A DNA stretch of 64,000 nt from Gammaproteobacteria bacterium (GTDB taxonomy: Bacteria > Pseudomonadota > Gammaproteobacteria > CAJXQU01): positions 1,760,001-1,824,000 of the forward strand of contig CBDEGZ010000003.1 in assembly GCA_965238175.1 (NCBI GenBank). The letters are read 5' to 3'. The translations under genes were made by a program, and so were the position numbers. Under the pieces are notes generated by a model. That model saw only the letters and a list, made by a program, of their open reading frames with translations. It did no database searches and had not been told where the DNA came from. How positions within the stretch are numbered: position 1 is the first letter of the stretch; each line of letters opens with the position of its first letter. This document shows positions 18,046-26,341 of the stretch, in pieces.

Positions 18046-19353
18046 TCAGATTATGTTAAAAGCAATCTTCTCCAACACTTCTTTTTTCAACTCCAAGCTT
18101 GGCCCATTACCGTAACGTTCACGATTGTATTTGTGTCCCATCAGGGCGGCTTGCACTTTTTCCAATGTCTTTACCTCAGTCAACCGGTCTTCGAAGCTAT
18201 GTCGCAAACTGTAGACACAATGCTCGCTAGTTGGTAACAGATCATGTTCACGTAAAAACTTATTCAGATTAGCCGATAGGGCATCCGGCTTCCGATAATA
18301 ATGCTTGAATCCTTCTGGTATGTTTTGAAACGCAAAGAGTGACGTGCCAACCAAAGGTATTTTGCGTTTGCTATGTTTGGTTTTCAGTGCCCTGTCTTTT
18401 TCAGGCTGGATATCAATATACGGGATATCTGTATCAAGCCGGATATGTCCCTTCAATGGGTTCAAGCCCAGCAGTTCAGACGGTCTTGCACCGGTATCCG
18501 CCATGGCATAAAGAAACCAACGGCATTCGCTATCTAGCCCTTTTAGATTCGAGACGTTCAGTAATGTATTTTGGATATAAGCTGTTTCAAAAGGAGGGCG
18601 GTGACTTTCTTCATGCTCTTCCGAAAAACGCATTCTAGTGAATAACTTTTGAACATCTAAGTTATAGCGATAATGATCGTCTACAAAACTTAAGAGTGTT
18701 CTTAAGTGCATAAAGTCCTTATTCGCTGTTGCAGGATTGAGTCCGCCTTTTCCTAATGTTCGACTTTCCCACCACTGGCGCAACACGCTTATATGATCTC
18801 TTGTAATATCCTCTACTGAAAGATCACTATTTTCCCGGACAAAATTTTGCACGGCCTTGATACGTGGATTCTTCCATTTTCTTATCTGGTCATCACTTTT
18901 ATTTTTCAGGTTTGGGATCTGAAACTCAAAGTAGTCTTCCAAGGCCTTAGTCAGTGGCAGTGATTGCTTTTCTTCAGAACCCAGTAAAGCAGAGGTATTC
19001 ACTTCATTTCGACTCTCTTGATTTTTTAATGTCAGGGAACGACTGACAATTTCCGAAAGCTCACTTTCAGCAATGTGCTGTGACGTCTTATAGGTAAATC
19101 CATGAGCCTGAGCTAACGCTCGTAGTTTTTTAAGGTTGAATAATTCAGTGGGATTATCTTTAAATCGGGATTGATCCCAATATTGTTCAATCTGTTCATT
19201 CAATGCGGTCGCACGCTGTGCAGCGATGCGATCAGAATCTGTTTCCAGCGAAATTTGAACAAACTCGACCTGCTCAGGGTAATAAGGTTGATACTTTGCG
19301 GGTATACGACGTTTGAAATGCTTGGCTTTATTACGGGTAATAACATAAGGCAT
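18046..19353 (-). CDS. Tyrosine integrase with N-terminal arm-binding (DUF6538-like) domain
   Basis: FKRRIP...ISLET N-terminus; TGARPSE, YSLRH, MGH, RYG catalytic motifs; ORF extends to TTG 19362. Confidence 0.9.
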   Translation of the reverse strand: MPYVITRNKAKHFKRRIPAKYQPYYPEQVEFVQISLETDSDRIAAQRATALNEQIEQYWDQSRFKDNPTELFNLKKLRALAQAHGFTYKTSQHIAESELSEIVSRSLTLKNQESRNEVNTSALLGSEEKQSLPLTKALEDYFEFQIPNLKNKSDDQIRKWKNPRIKAVQNFVRENSDLSVEDITRDHISVLRQWWESRTLGKGGLNPATANKDFMHLRTLLSFVDDHYRYNLDVQKLFTRMRFSEEHEESHRPPFETAYIQNTLLNVSNLKGLDSECRWFLYAMADTGARPSELLGLNPLKGHIRLDTDIPYIDIQPEKDRALKTKHSKRKIPLVGTSLFAFQNIPEGFKHYYRKPDALSANLNKFLREHDLLPTSEHCVYSLRHSFEDRLTEVKTLEKVQAALMGHKYNRERYGNGPSLELKKEVLEKIAFNII

Positions 19354-19385
19354 GTGTGACAACTTGTGCTACAAAATGTGTAACA
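19353..19385. repeat. Integrase arm-type array 1 (3 copies of TGTGTRACAA-like, 12-bp period)
   Basis: TGTGTGACAA 19353, TGTGCTACAA 19365, TGTGTAACA 19377. Confidence 0.75.
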
Positions 19386-19498
19386 CGTTCCTTTCTACAG
19401 TTTACCTATGCAGAAATTAATATAGTGTCAAACACCCATTTTATGCTTTTGTTTCTGAGGGTTAGTTGTTTCGTAAAACTCTCTTTTATTATCATAAT

Positions 19499-19529
19499 TG
19501 GCGTCCCGTACGGGATTCGAACCCGTGTT
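19499..19529 (-). other. att core: 3' fragment of a tRNA-Glu-like gene
   Basis: Minus strand AACACGGGTTCGAATCCCGTACGGGACGCCA = T-arm + acceptor 3' strand + CCA; no anticodon or D arms upstream. Confidence 0.75.
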
Positions 19530-19583
19530 GCACAGCTTGTAACGTGTTGAGTTAGTTTGATTATTTTTCTATGTAAATAGCGT

Positions 19584-19617
19584 TGTGTGACAATTTGTGT
19601 AACAAAATGTGTGACAA
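19584..19617. repeat. Integrase arm-type array 2 (3 copies of TGTGTRACAA, 12-bp period)
   Basis: TGTGTGACAA 19584, TGTGTAACAA 19596, TGTGTGACAA 19608. Confidence 0.75.
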
Positions 19618-19650
19618 GAACATAGATAGTGAGGAATGGATTTAAGAGGA

Positions 19651-19947
19651 TTATTTTTCCAATTTATCCACAGCTATTGTTCTAGCTTTCGCTAACATGT
19701 CATCTTTATCTTTTCTTTGCTCAATCTCGGTATGCAACCTTTCAAATATTGGCAAGTAAACTTCTCCATGTTTCGCAACTATATGCGCTACCAATTCATA
19801 GCTTTCTTGCAAGATACTTAGGGAAATATCATTTTCCTTTAAGAAAAACTGCTTTTTATAAGGTTTGTGATTGTCAGTTCTTGTCGTTAGCACCCGTGAA
19901 TGCCATTTCATGACACATTCTTCGGCTGACCATTCTTTCTTTTTCAT
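19651..19947 (-). CDS. Hypothetical protein
   Basis: 98-aa ORF next to the att region. Confidence 0.55.
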   Translation of the reverse strand: MKKKEWSAEECVMKWHSRVLTTRTDNHKPYKKQFFLKENDISLSILQESYELVAHIVAKHGEVYLPIFERLHTEIEQRKDKDDMLAKARTIAVDKLEK

Positions 19948-19974
19948 AGCAATCTCAAAATAACTTACTAAGGA

Positions 19975-20214
19975 TCATATTTCGTAATCATCTGCGGCGC
20001 TTTTATAGGGGCCAGTATTAAAGATAACCTCTACTTTTTTGCCATGCTGATCTTTACAAAGCACAGGCGTACCAAGGCCATTTGTGGGTGTCAGGTAAAG
20101 GGTAATGTCTTTGGAATGGCGGACTAAAAACTCTTCTTCTAACTGGTGTAGTTCTTCAAAGAGCGCCTGCCGGAGTTGGTGAACATGAAGCTCACCGTGG
20201 AATTTGATTTTCAT
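19975..20214 (-). CDS. Hypothetical protein
   Basis: GGAGG RBS; 79-aa ORF. Confidence 0.6.
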   Translation of the reverse strand: MKIKFHGELHVHQLRQALFEELHQLEEEFLVRHSKDITLYLTPTNGLGTPVLCKDQHGKKVEVIFNTGPYKSAADDYEI

Positions 20215-20442
20215 GAGAAAACCTCCGTGAACTGAAGATTATATTTCCATAATACAACCCAAAGTATTAATAAACTGTTTATCGGCAACCATTGAATTTT
20301 GCAGAAACATATTCCAATAACCATGAGGCAGTCATGAGGAATGTGCTATTGGGAAGCTGATATCGTGTAAATCATGAAATAAGCAGGATATTTATAATTT
20401 TAGTTAATCACTTTTTGATGACTGATACGGTGAGGAAATACG

Positions 20443-20811
20443 ATGGCTTACAATGACTTTCCGCCTAGACTGATTAGAATGCGTGATGCGCCTTCTTATG
20501 TCGGAATGGATCGCCATCGTTTTTCAAAGAACGTCCGGCCATGCCTGACTGAAATCCCAATGGGTGTCCAAGGGATTGCTTTTGACCGACTTGAAATTGA
20601 TGCGTGGGTAGAGGAATATATTCAACGCAACGGGCGTCGTCCAAAACTTCAAAAAGTGGAGGATGATGTATGTCGAAACGTAACCAAATGCCGGGACTTC
20701 GCCTTAAAGGCAAGATCTGGCACATTGAAAAACGCTGTAGACACGCCGACGGCGGTTGGCTCCGTGAAAGCACGGGAAAAACTGGCCGCGCTGAGGCAGA
20801 AGCATTCCTGA
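20443..20811 (+). CDS. Putative excisionase/recombination directionality factor
   Basis: RLIRMRDAPSYVGMDRHRF...FDRLEIDAWV winged-HTH pattern; overlaps the integrase start. Confidence 0.65.
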   Translation: MAYNDFPPRLIRMRDAPSYVGMDRHRFSKNVRPCLTEIPMGVQGIAFDRLEIDAWVEEYIQRNGRRPKLQKVEDDVCRNVTKCRDFALKARSGTLKNAVDTPTAVGSVKAREKLAALRQKHS

Positions 20812-21824
20812 TAAGCCGGTTGGCTTATTTGGAAAAAGAAGCGGAACGTAAAAACGAGAGTAGCTATACGTTTTTAGAGGCGGGCTTGCGATATCTGGAA
20901 GATATTGCGATAAAGCCATCGGCAGATACGATGGCCATGCACCTGGATCAATTATTTCCCTTTATCGGGGAGCTTGTATTAGAGCAGGTTCATGATGCGA
21001 CACTCAAAACATTTATTAATAGCGAAGTGGCTGCTGGCAAAGCACCTAAAACGATTAATAATGCGCTTGGGGTGGTGTCGGCTGTTTTGAACAGAGCGGC
21101 ACGTGTTTGGCGAAATGAGGATGGATTGCCATGGTTAAAACATGCGCCACCGAAATTAAGCCGAATGTCTGCCATGGGAAAACAAGCGAAAGCCTATCCG
21201 TTATCGTGGGATGAGCAAGATCGTCTGTTTAAAGAGTTGCCAAGACATTTGGCTGATGCGGCTTTGTATGGGATCAATACAGGTTGTCGTGAACAGGAAA
21301 TTTGTCAATTGCGCTGGGACTGGGAGGTGAGGGTGCCGGATTTAAAAACGTCTGTTTTTATATTGCCGGAAACGCTGACCAAAACTGGAACAGAGCGCAT
21401 TGTTGTTCTCAATTCTGTCGCGAGACGGGTGATTGAAGGACGACGTGGCAAACATCCCGATCATGTTTTCACCTACCGTGATGCGCCGCTTAAAAAGCTA
21501 CATGCCAGTGGTTGGCGAAGAGCTTGGAGAGTCGCAGGGATGCCGGTAGAAAAAGGTGTTTTAAAGGGGGTTCATAATTTGCGACACAGCTTTGGAAGAC
21601 GTCTTAGAAGTGCAGGTGTTTCATTAGAAACACGTAAAGCCTTATTGGGACATGCGCACGGTGATATCACCACGCATTATTCTGCGGCTGAGTTAGCTGA
21701 ATTAATGAATGCAGTTGAAAAGATTGTTGATCGTGGCGTTGCACAAACACCGGCACTCTTTTTACTTCAAAGCACCAAGATAAAAGACACACTTCCGAAC
21801 ATGTCGGAAAAGTGTCGGAAATAA
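20670..21824 (+). CDS. Tyrosine integrase adjacent to tRNA-Arg
   Basis: NTGCREQE, HNLRH, LLGH, THY motifs; GGAGG RBS; TGTCGGAAA repeats at its 3' end. Confidence 0.92.
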   Translation: MSKRNQMPGLRLKGKIWHIEKRCRHADGGWLRESTGKTGRAEAEAFLISRLAYLEKEAERKNESSYTFLEAGLRYLEDIAIKPSADTMAMHLDQLFPFIGELVLEQVHDATLKTFINSEVAAGKAPKTINNALGVVSAVLNRAARVWRNEDGLPWLKHAPPKLSRMSAMGKQAKAYPLSWDEQDRLFKELPRHLADAALYGINTGCREQEICQLRWDWEVRVPDLKTSVFILPETLTKTGTERIVVLNSVARRVIEGRRGKHPDHVFTYRDAPLKKLHASGWRRAWRVAGMPVEKGVLKGVHNLRHSFGRRLRSAGVSLETRKALLGHAHGDITTHYSAAELAELMNAVEKIVDRGVAQTPALFLLQSTKIKDTLPNMSEKCRK

Positions 21825-21868
21825 AGAAATAGGTTAAAAGATATTTGGGGTTAAGTCTTTGATTTAAA

Positions 21869-21945
21869 TGGCGCGCCCTGAAGGATTCGAACCTCCGACC
21901 ACCTGGTTCGAAGCCAGGTACTCTATCCAGCTGAGCTAAGGGCGC
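21869..21945 (-). tRNA. tRNA-Arg(UCG)
   Basis: 77-nt cloverleaf GCGCCCTTAGCTCAGCTGGATAGAGTACCTGG-CT-TCG-AA-CCAGG...GGTTCGAATCCTTCAGGGCGCGCCA. Confidence 0.95.
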
Positions 21946-22117
21946 TTTGTATTTTCGAGCGGCAAAATATACCTGACTAGGGAAGTATTGTCACGATTAT
22001 TCGTATATGGTTTAGTTCAGGAAAAAATCATATTCCTTCTTATTTTAAAGCGATATAGGCAATAATGTATCCAAAAATGTACACTGGTAACTATTAAGAG
22101 TATATGAGGTGTTAATT

Positions 22118-22927
22118 ATGATCAGAAAGTCATTGTTGTTATGTTCTTTTTTTCTTATGTCTTTGATAAGTAATGTTTTCGCTGCGGATAAGCTTGAGGT
22201 ATCGTTAGTCTTTTTTGGTGAAGCTTCTAGCATGGCATCACTTGGTGTGGTTCAGGGAATTGATGAGGCTAATTTTCAGGGTGAGTTTTTGGGACAGAGT
22301 TACACAATCAAAAATTATGATGTGGAAGATATAGCACATGTTGCGGATGTTTCCGCTATTTTTGCGGTAGCTGATGAGGTAGGTTTACGCGAGCTGGCTA
22401 AGCTTAATCCTGATACACCTGTATTTAATTTAAGTGATGAGAATAATTCATTACGTGAGAATTGTATTACTAATCTTTTCCATGCAATTCTAAGTCAAAA
22501 AATGCGTGATGATGCAGTTGCACAATGGTTACAGAAAAATGCTGATTCAAAGGCAACTGCAGCGGGGTGGCATAAAGATTTTAAAAAATATGCGGCAAGC
22601 CAGGTAAATAAAAGATTTACCGATCTGCACGAAAAGGCCATGGATGATTCTGGTTATGCAGGTTGGATCGCGATGAAAGCAGTGGCTGATGCAGTGGCTC
22701 GTACAAGTTCAATTGATGGTGCGAAGCTGATGACATTTCTGAAAAATGATCTGGTGATGGATGGTGCAAAAGGTCTGAAAATGAATTTCCGATCAACTGG
22801 CCAATTACGTCAGATGTTGCTATTAGTTGATGAAGGTAAAATTGTCGGCGAAGCTCCCGTTAGAGGAGTTGTAGATACGACAGATTTGGAGACCTTAGGT
22901 ATTTTAGAATGTACACCGTGTCCTTAA
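22118..22927 (+). CDS. ABC substrate-binding protein of the PQQ-dependent alcohol dehydrogenase-associated type
   Basis: Signal peptide; GxxEANFQGEFLGQ, DGAKG, GQLRQ, LETLG..C terminal pattern. Confidence 0.65.
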   Translation: MIRKSLLLCSFFLMSLISNVFAADKLEVSLVFFGEASSMASLGVVQGIDEANFQGEFLGQSYTIKNYDVEDIAHVADVSAIFAVADEVGLRELAKLNPDTPVFNLSDENNSLRENCITNLFHAILSQKMRDDAVAQWLQKNADSKATAAGWHKDFKKYAASQVNKRFTDLHEKAMDDSGYAGWIAMKAVADAVARTSSIDGAKLMTFLKNDLVMDGAKGLKMNFRSTGQLRQMLLLVDEGKIVGEAPVRGVVDTTDLETLGILECTPCP

Positions 22928-22972
22928 AAAAAATCATGAAAAAATACTAAATATTTTTAAAGTTAGGAAAAA

Positions 22973-23731
22973 ATGGAATTAAGATTAAAAAATAAAACCG
23001 CGGTTGTGACAGGAGCAAGCACGGGCATTGGTCGAGAGGTCGCTTTAGTATTAGCTCGGCATGGTGCGAAAGTTGTGGTGAATTATAACGCCTCAAAAGA
23101 AAGTGCTGAGGAAGTCGTCGAAGAAATCAAACAAGCGGGTGGAGCAGCTAAGTCTGTCCAAGGTAATGTTGCTGATAGTAGTGATGTTGATTATCTAGTC
23201 GGTTCAGCTTTAGAATATTTGGGTGAGATTGATATTTGGGCGAATATTGCCGGCGCGGATATCTTAACCGGATCCGGATCAAAATTGAGTGATATTGAGA
23301 AACTGGAAAAATTAATATCGGTTGATTTGAAAGGAACGATGATGTGTTGCTGGCGAGTTGTAGAGCTAATGAAAAAAGCAGGATCAGGTTCAATTATTAA
23401 TATTTCCTGGGATTTGGCGTTACATGGGATGGAAGGCAGAAATCCTGAAATGTTTGCTGCAATTAAAGGTGGTGTAACAGGTTTTACCAAGTGTTTGGCT
23501 CGATCAAGTGCGCCTGATATACGAGTCAATGACGTGGCTCCTGGCTGGATAAAAACCTCGTTTGCCGATGATGTGATGCGTGAAGATTATTACAATATGG
23601 TGATTGAAAGTACTCCCTTGCGTCGTTTTGGATTGCCTGAAGATGTTGCAAATGCGGTGCTTTATCTGGCCTCGGATGAAGCCGCATTTATTACTGGGCA
23701 GACCTTAAAAGTAAATGGTGGCGTTGTCTAG
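22973..23731 (+). CDS. SDR family oxidoreductase (FabG-like)
   Basis: TGASTGIG, NIAG, VNDVAPG, ITGQTLKVNGG; usual YxxxK appears as FAAIK. Confidence 0.9.
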   Translation: MELRLKNKTAVVTGASTGIGREVALVLARHGAKVVVNYNASKESAEEVVEEIKQAGGAAKSVQGNVADSSDVDYLVGSALEYLGEIDIWANIAGADILTGSGSKLSDIEKLEKLISVDLKGTMMCCWRVVELMKKAGSGSIINISWDLALHGMEGRNPEMFAAIKGGVTGFTKCLARSSAPDIRVNDVAPGWIKTSFADDVMREDYYNMVIESTPLRRFGLPEDVANAVLYLASDEAAFITGQTLKVNGGVV

Positions 23732-23753
23732 AATTGATCAATATTAGATAGGA

Positions 23754-24563
23754 TCAAGGCGTTGGGGAGTTGCGAGAATTTATCCTGTCTAATAGTGAGA
23801 TATATTTTTGTAGACGACGTTCTGAACTTTGATCCATATTAATGAATTTGCCACCGAGTCTTGGTTTTGCACTATAGCGTTTATCTTCACAGTAGCGGAT
23901 CTCAAGTTCTGATTCTACAGGGGGTTGTTGATCACCAAGGTACATAACACATTTTGGTATAACATCTCCGTGTTTAACTTTATTTGAGGTTTCTCTACTA
24001 AGAACCGCAGCAAAACCACCAGTTGACAAATCTATCAACTCGCCTGTCACAAGATCATCTAATTCTGTATGAAGATGTACCGGCAAGTATTTACCGCGTG
24101 GTGTAGAAACACGTAAGTGTTTTCTTCTTAATTGATGTTCGAGATCTTTTGGGAAGGGAACTTTGTAGTAATGGATCCCATTATGTTCACCAACAGCAGT
24201 AAGTTCACATTGGAATTTAATGACTCGATCTTCCAGGCGTGTCTTAATCTCAAATTGTTTGATGTGGGAAATAGCTCTGTGCCCAGTTCCTGAACTGAGT
24301 TCATCAATGACAATATAGCCTTCTTCTTCATCGACCTCAAGTAATGCGCTGAGATAGGTTTCTTCAATTCCGGCAATTTTAACTGTTAACATTGCACGTG
24401 AGTTTTTGATCCTGCGCATCAGTTTAGCGGTTTCTGGAGAAGGAGGTGGTTTTATTTCCTGCTCAGGTTCTACGGGCAGAGGGTTTGAACGTAATAATAG
24501 CTTGTCTCGAATGGAACCAAATTGATCGAGTATATTTTCTAATAATCTTTCTTTGCTTAGCAT
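23754..24563 (-). CDS. ycgR: Flagellar brake protein, YcgR/PilZ family
   Basis: RRKHLR and DLSTGG PilZ motifs; follows flgN. Confidence 0.8.
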   Translation of the reverse strand: MLSKERLLENILDQFGSIRDKLLLRSNPLPVEPEQEIKPPPSPETAKLMRRIKNSRAMLTVKIAGIEETYLSALLEVDEEEGYIVIDELSSGTGHRAISHIKQFEIKTRLEDRVIKFQCELTAVGEHNGIHYYKVPFPKDLEHQLRRKHLRVSTPRGKYLPVHLHTELDDLVTGELIDLSTGGFAAVLSRETSNKVKHGDVIPKCVMYLGDQQPPVESELEIRYCEDKRYSAKPRLGGKFINMDQSSERRLQKYISLLDRINSRNSPTP

Positions 24564-24571
24564 TTTCTTAA

Positions 24572-25042
24572 CTAAGCTTCACCTAGTGGGGGTACATCAT
24601 AATTATTTTGCATCTTACCAGCACGTCCATAAACTGGTTTGTCGTTACCACGTAGTAGATCAATGACGCGATCTGTACTGGTTCTTGTCATTTCAATTGC
24701 TTGCCCATTGACACTATTTTTGCCATTGCAGGTTTCCACTTTTTCACAGAAGGTAGTCCATATATCGCCAAGTTCCAATGCCAACGTACCTTTTTTCAGA
24801 CCAATTTGTTGATCATGGTAACCATACTTTGACATTAGTTCGGATAAGGAATTACTCGATATTTCCATAGATTGTAATAATGCAATCTTTGAATTCGTAG
24901 CAGATGTCAGCATCTCACTATCGCGTTGCCTTATCGCTTGGTTTTCACGGTCAAGCTCTTTATCCAAATCTGTCAGGATAGTACCAATTTGCCCAAGTTG
25001 TTGTGAAATTTCTTGAAGCTTCAATGACTGTTGTTTACCCAT
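24572..25042 (-). CDS. flgN: Flagellar export chaperone FlgN
   Basis: NxxNG motif and C-terminal YGxxG; downstream of flgM. Confidence 0.85.
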   Translation of the reverse strand: MGKQQSLKLQEISQQLGQIGTILTDLDKELDRENQAIRQRDSEMLTSATNSKIALLQSMEISSNSLSELMSKYGYHDQQIGLKKGTLALELGDIWTTFCEKVETCNGKNSVNGQAIEMTRTSTDRVIDLLRGNDKPVYGRAGKMQNNYDVPPLGEA

Positions 25043-25079
25043 AACGTTGACTCTATCTTTATGATCCTATTTGTAGGTA

Positions 25080-25409
25080 TTAACTTTTCTTCTGAGGTAA
25101 TGCGGTATCAAAGTCGATCAATTTTGATGCAATACGTTCAGCGTCGACATTGTATGATCCTTCATTGATGGTTTTTTTCACTGCATCTACTTTGCTTTGA
25201 TCAACGACAGGGGCAGCGGCTATCGATTTCTCCGCTGCTTGTAGCTGGCTTGCGGCGGATGTCAGACTTACGCTGGATGACGGTGGAGGCGCAGAGCTTG
25301 TTTGAGTTTGATTAGACTCATCAGCTTTTTTATTAACATTAATTTGATTGCTACGTTGTTCTGTACTCTGAACAACTCCTGAACTTGAACCTTGAACTTC
25401 CGATACCAT
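25080..25409 (-). CDS. flgM: Anti-sigma28 factor FlgM
   Basis: VSLTS, VDQSKVDAVKKTINEGSYNVDAERIASKL. Confidence 0.93.
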   Translation of the reverse strand: MVSEVQGSSSGVVQSTEQRSNQINVNKKADESNQTQTSSAPPPSSSVSLTSAASQLQAAEKSIAAAPVVDQSKVDAVKKTINEGSYNVDAERIASKLIDFDTALPQKKS

Positions 25410-25438
25410 AATTATTTTCTCCTTTGGATTTTTATATC

Positions 25439-25465
25439 TAAGCGGCAGATATTTTAAATCCTTTA
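25439..25465 (-). promoter_or_regulatory. Sigma28 promoter of flgMN
   Basis: Minus strand TAAA-N15-GCCGCTTA. Confidence 0.75.
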
Positions 25466-25468
25466 GGA

Positions 25469-26188
25469 CTAATTTACATTTGTAGTCACTAAGCCGTTGT
25501 TTGTGACTGTGCCTTCAATCACTTTATTTGAATTTATATTCTTAACTTTGATTCGCCCACCAGCGATGCCATTGGACATTGCTTTGCCGGCCATTTTCAC
25601 CGTAATACCACCGGTTTGTGCTAATAACGTCACTTTCTGTCCGCGTTTAATTAGCATTGATGACTCTACAAAGTTTGGTGTGAGTATAAACCCAGTATTG
25701 AGAGATTTTTTTAGGGTTTTCCCAACAACTTCGTTCAAGTTGGAAAAATAACCTGAGTTAAGTCTGTTAATATCATGCCGCTCTACACGTAAATCAGATT
25801 GACTGAGAGGAGTATTTCTAGGCAGGGCATTATTCAACACAACGATATTTTTGAATTCTTTAACTTGTACTGGCACAAATAAAGACCAAGGTTTTACACC
25901 GTTGCATTTGATATTGACAGTATACCGCCCATTTTTGCCAGAACTTGATGTATTACTCGTTTCTAATATTTCTTTGCATTTCACTAAACGAAGACGTGGA
26001 TCTAATCTGCCAGCAACAATCTCAATATTAGATTTATTGTTTTCATTCATATATTGATCAGAGACAAATTCTTTAGCAGCAGATCTAAGACTATCAAGTG
26101 ACTGATACTCAACTGCTTCAGTCAAAGTAGGCATGAGTCCTGCTAAGAGAACTACATAGATTCGATTTAGATCTGTTTTTTTATTCAT
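25469..26188 (-). CDS. flgA: Flagellar P-ring formation chaperone FlgA
   Basis: LDPRLRLVKC, SAF domain, KRGQKV...GKAMSNG..G.RIKVKN. Confidence 0.93.
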   Translation of the reverse strand: MNKKTDLNRIYVVLLAGLMPTLTEAVEYQSLDSLRSAAKEFVSDQYMNENNKSNIEIVAGRLDPRLRLVKCKEILETSNTSSSGKNGRYTVNIKCNGVKPWSLFVPVQVKEFKNIVVLNNALPRNTPLSQSDLRVERHDINRLNSGYFSNLNEVVGKTLKKSLNTGFILTPNFVESSMLIKRGQKVTLLAQTGGITVKMAGKAMSNGIAGGRIKVKNINSNKVIEGTVTNNGLVTTNVN

Positions 26189-26205
26189 AATAGTTAAGGT
26201 GTGAA

Positions 26206-26221
26206 TGCAAAAAAAGTGCCA
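26206..26221 (-). promoter_or_regulatory. Sigma54 promoter of flgA
   Basis: Minus strand TGGCAC-N5-TTGCA, exact -24/-12 consensus. Confidence 0.8.
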
Positions 26222-26269
26222 GTTGTGATTTTAAAGCAAACATTAAATTTTCCTGAAGTTATGAAAGCC

Positions 26270-26296
26270 TAAAGGGGTTTTTACTTCTGCCGATAG
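26270..26296 (+). promoter_or_regulatory. Sigma28 promoter of cheV-cheR
   Basis: TAAA-N15-GCCGATAG. Confidence 0.8.
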
Positions 26297-26341
26297 GTTG
26301 AATCAAGATTAACAAAATTAACATCAGGCCGGAGAAAACAG

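Larger units (their letters stand above)
1..21868. mobile_element. Composite genomic island/ICE-like element (right part), integrated at the 3' end of tRNA-Arg(UCG); left end outside window
   Basis: Integrase 20670-21824 abuts the tRNA 3' end; two more tyrosine recombinases, ardA, a klcB-like gene, defence-type genes and many hypotheticals lie to the left; core genes resume right of the tRNA. Confidence 0.8.

Noticed and set aside
19499-19529. Complete tRNA gene, or duplicated att of the tRNA-Arg genes in this window
   Set aside because: Anticodon and D arms are missing and the sequence differs from both tRNA-Arg 3' ends
19353-19617. TGTGTRACAA repeats as a CRISPR array or iterons
   Set aside because: Units are 10 bp with 2-bp gaps, no spacers, no cas or rep genes; position around an att core fits integrase arm sites
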